A stretch of DNA of 10,580 nucleotides from Candidatus Diapherotrites archaeon CG10_big_fil_rev_8_21_14_0_10_31_34 (GTDB taxonomy: Archaea > Iainarchaeota > Iainarchaeia > Iainarchaeales > 1-14-0-10-31-34): positions 2,751 through 13,330 of the forward strand of contig PFAI01000043.1 in NCBI GenBank assembly GCA_002763225.1, read 5' to 3'. This document shows positions 5,152 through 10,580 of this stretch, piece by piece. The position numbers were made by a program, and so were the translations under genes. Below the pieces are notes generated by a model. The model saw only the letters and a list, made by a program, of their open reading frames with translations, searched no databases and had not been told where the DNA came from. Positions within the stretch are counted from its first letter, which is position 1, and each line of letters starts with the position of its first letter.

Positions 5152-6891
5152 TTATTTTTTTGTGGAAATAGTTATTTTCTTGACTTTAATGAAATAATAT
5201 GCTGTTCCGGCTAAAACTGCTATTACCAGGAAAAGCCACATCTGGCCAAGCCAGTCATCTGAATACAATCCTTTTATTCTTGCTTCCTGGCAGGCAGTAA
5301 CATAATTTTGTGCGTAATACATTCCAGGGCTTAAAGTCAGAACTTCTTTCATTAATCTTTCAGTTGAACTGCAGTCTTTTCTGAAAAAAGCTTCTACTCC
5401 TTCCTGAAATTTTTGGCCTGTAATTCCTTGCTCGTTTTGTACATTAATTTCATTCATGAATTCTTTTGCAAGGTTTATAGGCATAATAAAGCCGATGTTC
5501 TGCACTTCATCAGAGCCAAAAGTTGCTATTCCTATTACTTCTCCTTTGTCGTTAAATACAGGGCCTCCACTGTTTCCATGATTTATTGCTGCGTCAGTCT
5601 GGATTACTTCAACATTGTTTGTCATTGTTCTTCTTGCACTTACAATTCCTGAAGTAACTGTCGGCTCTATTGTTTGTTTGTTGTCAAAAACAACATCCAT
5701 TCCTGTGTTAGGATAGCCGATTACAAAAACCTGTTCTCCTGTTGACAGCTGGTCTGAGTCGCCTAACTTTAATGCAGGAATGTTTTTCTGGTTTACCTTG
5801 ATTATTGCAATATCTTTTCCCCAGGAAATAGTTTCAGCTTTTTCGTCTATTACCTGTCCTTTTGCTTTAATGTCTGCAGGCCAGGCAATATTGGTAAATG
5901 CTTCTCCCGGCAAAAGCACTCCAGGCAATGCATAATTATCCACATTAATACTGCTTAGTTGACCGTAATTTGAAAGATATGCAATAAGTTTTTCTGATAA
6001 AGATTTGATTACTCTTTGTTTTTGGTCTTCAGTCAGATTATATCTGCTGGCTACATCAGCATAAATTTCATTTTGTATTTGTATAAACCACGCGTTATAC
6101 AATTTATATATTGCTTCTTGTTCTGAAACATAAACTACATGCGCATTAGTCATGATATATCCATTAGGGTTAATCACAAAGCCTGTTCCGCTCATTCCGG
6201 TCTGAACTGTTTCGCTTACTTGTTTTGCTTCAATTCCCTGCAATGGAACAAACTCCAGGTTTTCAATTGCCTGAACAACTATTTCTTCATCCTGAAGCAT
6301 TAATTCTTTTTCTTCTTGAATTTCGCTTAATTGCACACCTGTTCTGATATAAATGACTGTTCCTCCTGAAGCAGTAATATTCATTGTATTATTGTTTGGA
6401 AAAGAAATGCCAAAAGCCAGGCTCATTGGATTCTGAACAACACCATTTAATGAAAGACTGCCGTAATCCATTGAAAGCGTTGAACCTGTAACTGAAAAGC
6501 TTCCTGAATAAACATAGTATTCTCCTACTTCAGGATAATCTTCCCATCCGGAAAAAATTCCGTTGCTTTTATAAGTTATTTCAGCAGTGTAATTTCCTTT
6601 ATTGGAGTTTGCTGCACTGCTCCATGTTCCAATAATTAACTGCTGTGCATTTAAAGTGCTTCCTGTATTTCCAGTGTTCCCTGTATTTCCTGTCTGGCTT
6701 GGAGCAACCATTTCAAAGTCAGGGTAATTGATTGTTCCTGTTATTGTTGTTCCAATAACCATTATTCCTGGTTCATACACTTGTTTTGTTTTTTGTATTA
6801 TGTTTGGCTCTTTTTCAGGCCACTGTAAAGTGTAAGCAAAAGCTCCTGAAACAAGCATTAAAATCAAAATAAACAACAACGTTTTTTTCAT
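5152..6891 (-). CDS. Secreted, C-terminally membrane-anchored trypsin-like (S1C/HtrA-like, PDZ-less) serine protease with an inserted beta-rich domain
   Basis: Signal peptide MKKTLLFILILMLVSGAFA; SGTGFVI, TNAHVV (His), KDIAII (Asp), DAAINHGNSGGP (Ser); C-terminal TM plus basic tail; GGAGGT SD. Confidence 0.88.
   Translation of the reverse strand: MKKTLLFILILMLVSGAFAYTLQWPEKEPNIIQKTKQVYEPGIMVIGTTITGTINYPDFEMVAPSQTGNTGNTGNTGSTLNAQQLIIGTWSSAANSNKGNYTAEITYKSNGIFSGWEDYPEVGEYYVYSGSFSVTGSTLSMDYGSLSLNGVVQNPMSLAFGISFPNNNTMNITASGGTVIYIRTGVQLSEIQEEKELMLQDEEIVVQAIENLEFVPLQGIEAKQVSETVQTGMSGTGFVINPNGYIMTNAHVVYVSEQEAIYKLYNAWFIQIQNEIYADVASRYNLTEDQKQRVIKSLSEKLIAYLSNYGQLSSINVDNYALPGVLLPGEAFTNIAWPADIKAKGQVIDEKAETISWGKDIAIIKVNQKNIPALKLGDSDQLSTGEQVFVIGYPNTGMDVVFDNKQTIEPTVTSGIVSARRTMTNNVEVIQTDAAINHGNSGGPVFNDKGEVIGIATFGSDEVQNIGFIMPINLAKEFMNEINVQNEQGITGQKFQEGVEAFFRKDCSSTERLMKEVLTLSPGMYYAQNYVTACQEARIKGLYSDDWLGQMWLFLVIAVLAGTAYYFIKVKKITISTKK
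6658..6693 (-). repeat. Coding tandem repeat (TGN)3-TGS in the protease linker
   Basis: Degenerate 9-bp repeat encoding TGNTGNTGNTGS. Confidence 0.7.
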
Positions 6892-6954
6892 GAAATTACC
6901 TCCAAGTATCTATTAAATCAGCTGTTCTAATATTTAAGCGTTTTCTTTTGGTTT

Positions 6955-7797
6955 TCAGAAGAAAAGCAATGTCAATCCGATAACAGAAACAAGTATTGCA
7001 ATGTATTTTGTTTTAGAAAGTTTTTCTTTTAAGAAAATTCTTGCAAGAGTTGAAGTAATAATCGGAGTCGGAGCAACTAATATTGCAGTTAAAGAAGCGC
7101 CGATTAAAGAAATGGAATAATTGTATGCAATAGAGCCAATAACTAATAAAACAGCAGAAACAATTAACAGCAAATTAGATTTTTTTTCATTTAATTTTAA
7201 TTCTTTTTTAGTTGCAAGAGCATAAATTAAAATCATGAAAAAAATAGTTGACTCTAAAAACAAGGAAGCATTAAATGGATTTAATTCTAATACAATCGGC
7301 TTAATTAAAGCAAAATAAGCTCCCCAGCCAACAACAGTAAGTAAAGCAAAAACAACTCCTTTGCTTAACCCAAAATTTTTTTCTTTTTTGTCAAAAGCCA
7401 AAAGAAAAATTGCTGAAAGAATCAGAATTACTGCAATCCATTGATTCCAGGAAAGAGTTTCCTGAAAAAAAATAATTGAAATAATAATTGTAATCAAAAA
7501 ATAGTTTTTGGCTATGGCTGTAGCAAGGCTTACTCCTGCCTGATTCATTGCCTTAAAGAAAAAAATTATTGCAGTGCTTCCAATAAAACAAGTGAATAAA
7601 AAGTATGGGATTAACTGAATTGAAGGAAACTTTATTTCAGTGAAAATTATTGCAGCAAAAATAACCAGAAAAAAAACAGCTGAATAACGTAAAACCAAAG
7701 CATTATATATATTTAATTTATTCAAAGCTTTTTTGTCAAAAATTCCTTCAGAACCCCAGACAAACAAAGAAATTAAAGCATACAAGACTTGGAACAT
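6955..7797 (-). CDS. EamA/DMT family transporter
   Basis: 280 aa, about 10 TM in two repeats: LFVWG, FFFKA...VSLATAI, FFQETLS; VVGWG, IFLKEKLS. Confidence 0.88.
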   Translation of the reverse strand: MFQVLYALISLFVWGSEGIFDKKALNKLNIYNALVLRYSAVFFLVIFAAIIFTEIKFPSIQLIPYFLFTCFIGSTAIIFFFKAMNQAGVSLATAIAKNYFLITIIISIIFFQETLSWNQWIAVILILSAIFLLAFDKKEKNFGLSKGVVFALLTVVGWGAYFALIKPIVLELNPFNASLFLESTIFFMILIYALATKKELKLNEKKSNLLLIVSAVLLVIGSIAYNYSISLIGASLTAILVAPTPIITSTLARIFLKEKLSKTKYIAILVSVIGLTLLFF

Positions 7798-7836
7798 TAA
7801 ATACTAAGGAAAAACAAGTATTTATTGTTTTAGGAA

Positions 7837-7908
7837 AGCCTCTGGCGAGAATTGAACTCGCGACCTTGTCCTTACCAAGGACACGCTCTACCACTGAGCC
7901 ACAGAGGC
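7837..7908 (-). tRNA. tRNA-Thr (anticodon GGT)
   Basis: Acceptor GCCTCTG/CAGAGGC, anticodon arm TGTCC-TTGGTAA-GGACA, T arm GCGAG-TTCAATT-CTCGC, discriminator T. Confidence 0.95.
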
Positions 7909-7990
7909 AAAAAGAAAAAATTGAGTGAAAAAAAGCTTATTAAGTAATTCACTTAACTAAATCCTTTAATTTCTTTGGTTAATTCAATAA

Positions 7991-8812
7991 TTATCTTTCT
8001 GCAAACAAAATTGCTGTTTTTGCTGTCACTTTAAATCCCTTGGATTTCAAAAAATCAATTAAAGAAACCATGTTGTTTTTTTGTTTATCAATGTCATGGC
8101 ATTCCATTGTTATTCTCTGGATTTTATTAAAGCAGGAATCAGGTAAACCGTAAAAAACATTGTATTCTGCTCCCTCGATATCCAATTTTAATAAATCACA
8201 GTGATTAATCTCGTTTTTTTTAAAAACTTCATTTAAAGTAATTGAATTAACTTCAACAAAGTTTTTTTCGCTGAATCCTTTCGAGGTTATGAACTGGCTG
8301 ATGAATTCATTTTGTGCATCTTTTTTTTCACAGCCATAAATTGAATGCCCTCCTGAATGATTTTTTGTCAGAAAAATTTTTTCTTTTCCTGTTTTATCTG
8401 ATAAAGCTAAATTAAAAGGAATAATTTTGTTTTCCAGTTTATTCAATTCAATGTTTTTCTTTAATAATTCAAAATTTTCCGGAACAGGCTCAAAAGCAAA
8501 AATTTTTTTTGCTTTATTTGAAGCATGAACTGAAAAAAAGCCGATGTGAGCGCCTAAATCAATTATTGTTGCGTTTTCAGGAAACTCAATGCTTTCAAGC
8601 AAATACGTGTTTTCAAGGGCAACTTCAGTGAAAAGAAACACGTCAACTGTTTTTGCCCTTAAAATGTAATTTAAGCCGTTGCGCATTTTAAGCATAACAA
8701 GCTTTTTTTTGGTTAAATTAAACCTGGCAAAAAAATATTCATGGAAATTCTTTATTCTTTTAATTATCTTGGGAAAACGCATTATTTCTTCAACTAAAAA
8801 ATAGCCTTTCAT
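7991..8812 (-). CDS. FkbM-family SAM-dependent methyltransferase
   Basis: IIDLGAHIGFFS, AFEPVPENF, LALSD, ITLN and DLLKLDIEGAE motifs. Confidence 0.9.
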   Translation of the reverse strand: MKGYFLVEEIMRFPKIIKRIKNFHEYFFARFNLTKKKLVMLKMRNGLNYILRAKTVDVFLFTEVALENTYLLESIEFPENATIIDLGAHIGFFSVHASNKAKKIFAFEPVPENFELLKKNIELNKLENKIIPFNLALSDKTGKEKIFLTKNHSGGHSIYGCEKKDAQNEFISQFITSKGFSEKNFVEVNSITLNEVFKKNEINHCDLLKLDIEGAEYNVFYGLPDSCFNKIQRITMECHDIDKQKNNMVSLIDFLKSKGFKVTAKTAILFAER

Positions 8813-8828
8813 GCAGTCCCTTTTGCAG

Positions 8829-10121
8829 TCATTTTAAAACAGTTTTAAGTTTTTCTAAATCAGAAAACTTTATTTTAATTTCTTTTCCTGAATCCATGTT
8901 TTTCAGGGAAAATTCTTTTGCTTTAAATTCTTTTTCCCCTAAAACAATAACAAAAGGAATTCCTTGTTTTGAAGCAAAATCCAGGTTCTTTGAAATGCTT
9001 CTGTTCAGTAAATCTATTTCAGCATTGATTTTAAGTAAGCGAATTTTTTCAACAAAATCAATTGCCTTTTTTCCATTATTAATTGGAATAACAAAAATTT
9101 GTGTAACAGAAAAATTTTTTTTTAATCCTTTTGATTCTAATTCATCCAAAATCCTTTCCAAACCAAAAGAAATTCCCACAGCAGGAAACTCTTTTTTTCC
9201 TGCAATTAATCCAATCATTTTGTCATATCTTCCTCCTCCTCCAACAGAACTCCTGACTTCTCCTTTTTTCAAAAGAATTTCAAAAATTGGGCCAGTGTAA
9301 TACGCCAGACCGCGCACCAAAGACGGAGTTATGCATAAGTTACTTGTTTTGTATTCTTTTGATAACTCTAAAATTTCTTTTAATTCTTTTATTCCTTCTT
9401 TTCCTTCTTCTGAAGAAACTTTTTTTTCCAGTTTTTCCAGTATCTCATAATTGCTTCCTTTTAATTCAATTAATTCAAATATTTTTTTGATTTTCCCTGC
9501 TTCAATTCCTTTTCCTTTTAATTCTTTTTCTATTTCTTTTTTTGGCTGTTTATCTAATTTATCTATTGCAAGCAATACACCCAGAATTTTGTCTTTTTCT
9601 ATTCCAATTTCTTCCATTAAGCTGTTTAATAATTTTCTGTTATTCAATCTGATTTCTGCATCTAATTTTAATTCTTTAAACACTTGTTCTGCTATCTTAA
9701 TTATTTCTGCATCAGCTGTCATTGTTTTTATTCCAATTGCATCTACATCACATTGATAAAATTCCCTGTATCTTGAGGTTGTTGTCGGCCCGTCCCTGAA
9801 AACTCTTTCAATCTGGTATCTTTTGAAAGGCATTCTTAAAGCAGGATTCAATGCAATTACTCTTGCTAATGGAACAGTCAAGTCATACTTTAACCCTAAT
9901 TTTCTTTTGCCTTGGTCTTCAAAAGAAAAAGTTTCTTTTAGTATTTCTTCTCCTCCGGCATATTTTGAACTCAGTACATCAAATCTTTCAAATACAGGAG
10001 TTTCTATTGGTGAATAACCATATAATTCAAATATTTTTTTCATTTTTTTAATTATTTCTTGTTTTGGAATCTGTTTTTCCGGTAAGAAATCTCTTGTTCC
10101 TTTTGGTGCAATTAATTCCAT
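8829..10121 (-). CDS. hisS: Histidyl-tRNA synthetase
   Basis: PKGTRDF, LKYDLTVP, RYREFYQCDVD, LVRGLAYYTG, GGGRYD, GISFGLERI, and a C-terminal anticodon-binding domain. Confidence 0.97.
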   Translation of the reverse strand: MELIAPKGTRDFLPEKQIPKQEIIKKMKKIFELYGYSPIETPVFERFDVLSSKYAGGEEILKETFSFEDQGKRKLGLKYDLTVPLARVIALNPALRMPFKRYQIERVFRDGPTTTSRYREFYQCDVDAIGIKTMTADAEIIKIAEQVFKELKLDAEIRLNNRKLLNSLMEEIGIEKDKILGVLLAIDKLDKQPKKEIEKELKGKGIEAGKIKKIFELIELKGSNYEILEKLEKKVSSEEGKEGIKELKEILELSKEYKTSNLCITPSLVRGLAYYTGPIFEILLKKGEVRSSVGGGGRYDKMIGLIAGKKEFPAVGISFGLERILDELESKGLKKNFSVTQIFVIPINNGKKAIDFVEKIRLLKINAEIDLLNRSISKNLDFASKQGIPFVIVLGEKEFKAKEFSLKNMDSGKEIKIKFSDLEKLKTVLK

Positions 10122-10223
10122 TTTTGGTCACTTGTTTTTTTGAACTCGTAAGAGTTCCTTTTTTGATCAAACTTTTTTGTGAAAAAAGTTTGTGTTCTTT
10201 TTGGTGCAATTAATTCCATTTTT
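10095..10223 (-). repeat. 31-bp direct repeat (1 mismatch) duplicating the hisS start
   Basis: 10095-10125 vs 10193-10223, offset 98 bp; both copies encode MELIAPK. Confidence 0.9.
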
Positions 10224-10318
10224 TTTTCACCAATAGTTTTCGCATAGCGAAAACCGTTTTTGATACAACTTTTTTCTAAAAAGTTGTTTTTGATTAAACC
10301 TTTTATTAAAAGGTTTAA
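10142..10318. repeat. Array of five short perfect palindromes
   Basis: 10142-10157 (6-bp stem), 10168-10192 (11 bp), 10236-10254 (8 bp), 10265-10287 (10 bp), 10294-10318 (11 bp). Confidence 0.85.
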
Positions 10319-10390
10319 GGCCGACGCCGGGATTCGGACCCGACCCAAGAGCTCCACAGGCTCTTATGCTACCGCTACACTACGTCAGCC
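10319..10390 (-). tRNA. tRNA-His (anticodon GTG) with genomically encoded G-1
   Basis: G-GCTGACG/CGTCGGC-C acceptor (G-1:C73), anticodon arm AGAGC-CTGTGGA-GCTCT, T arm TCGGG-TCCGAAT-CCCGG. Confidence 0.93.
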
Positions 10391-10580
10391 ATGATAGAAA
10401 GAAGTTTAGGTTGGAATAAATTTTTATTTGAATTGCATTCTGGAAAGTAATTAAAAAATCAGTTAAATTGTTTTTTGTTGTGAAGATATTCACTTTTCAT
10501 GTTAATCCAATAAAATTTATGTTATGTAGTTATTAAAAAGGTTTTGCAGGAAAACTGCATTAACCAAAAATTTTAATGCA

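Noticed and set aside
313..10051. Remaining short track ORFs (313-528, 1556-1768, 1605-1862, 2451-2672, 3713-3916, 3723-3944, 4023-4289, 4827-5009, 5413-5652, 8896-9300, 9287-9490, 9451-9756, 9823-10017, 9851-10051)
   Set aside because: These are antisense or alternate-frame shadows of well-supported genes, with biased composition and no motifs.
10112..10124. AAA-TGG at the end of the hisS leader as another Trp gate
   Set aside because: The TGG arises automatically from ATG-G of the hisS start, it lacks the YTT context, and there is no functional rationale.
10168..10192. His codon (CAC) in a hairpin loop and slippery T-TTT-TTC / A-AAA-AAG upstream of hisS as a His-sensing frameshift
   Set aside because: CAC is out of frame with the leader, that frame has no start and hits TGA four codons later, and sister hairpins have unrelated loops.
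10142..10318. CRISPR array
   Set aside because: There are no identical repeats with unique constant-length spacers and no cas genes.
10220..10357. 5' part of the 81-aa ORF 10112..10357
   Set aside because: It starts inside tRNA-His and crosses the palindromes. Only the SD-led part from 10219 is plausible.

Overview
AT-rich archaeal DNA, most consistent with a DPANN-type archaeon (inferred from TATA/BRE promoters, GGTGA/GGAGG ribosome-binding sites and tRNAs without encoded CCA). Left to right: a partial thioredoxin(CxxC)-CcdA fusion, a small 4-TM membrane protein, a YdeI/OmdA-family gene broken by one in-frame TAA, tRNA-Glu(CTC) and tRNA-Met(CAT) separated by a 123-bp GC-rich degenerate palindrome, an RpiA-like protein with degenerate catalytic motifs, a compact SerK/SbnI-like ParB/Srx-fold kinase, TrpB2, a membrane-anchored trypsin-like protease, an EamA transporter, tRNA-Thr(GGT), an FkbM methyltransferase, hisS, a palindrome array with a duplicated hisS start, and tRNA-His(GTG). 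The main discovery candidate is 3251-5134. The kinase has no canonical start for its full-length domain, and trpB2 has only SD-less near-cognate starts. However, a probable leaderless ATG at 3251 is connected to both by three successive +1 steps, each at an in-frame YTT-TGG-C (slippery Leu/Phe codon followed by a Trp codon). The third site has the architecture of the bacterial prfB (RF2) frameshift with UGA replaced by UGG. This suggests a tryptophan-starvation-gated ribosomal frameshift cascade controlling a two-enzyme Ser -> O-phosphoserine + indole -> Trp salvage module. The sequence arrangement is directly visible. The mechanism is inference and untested.
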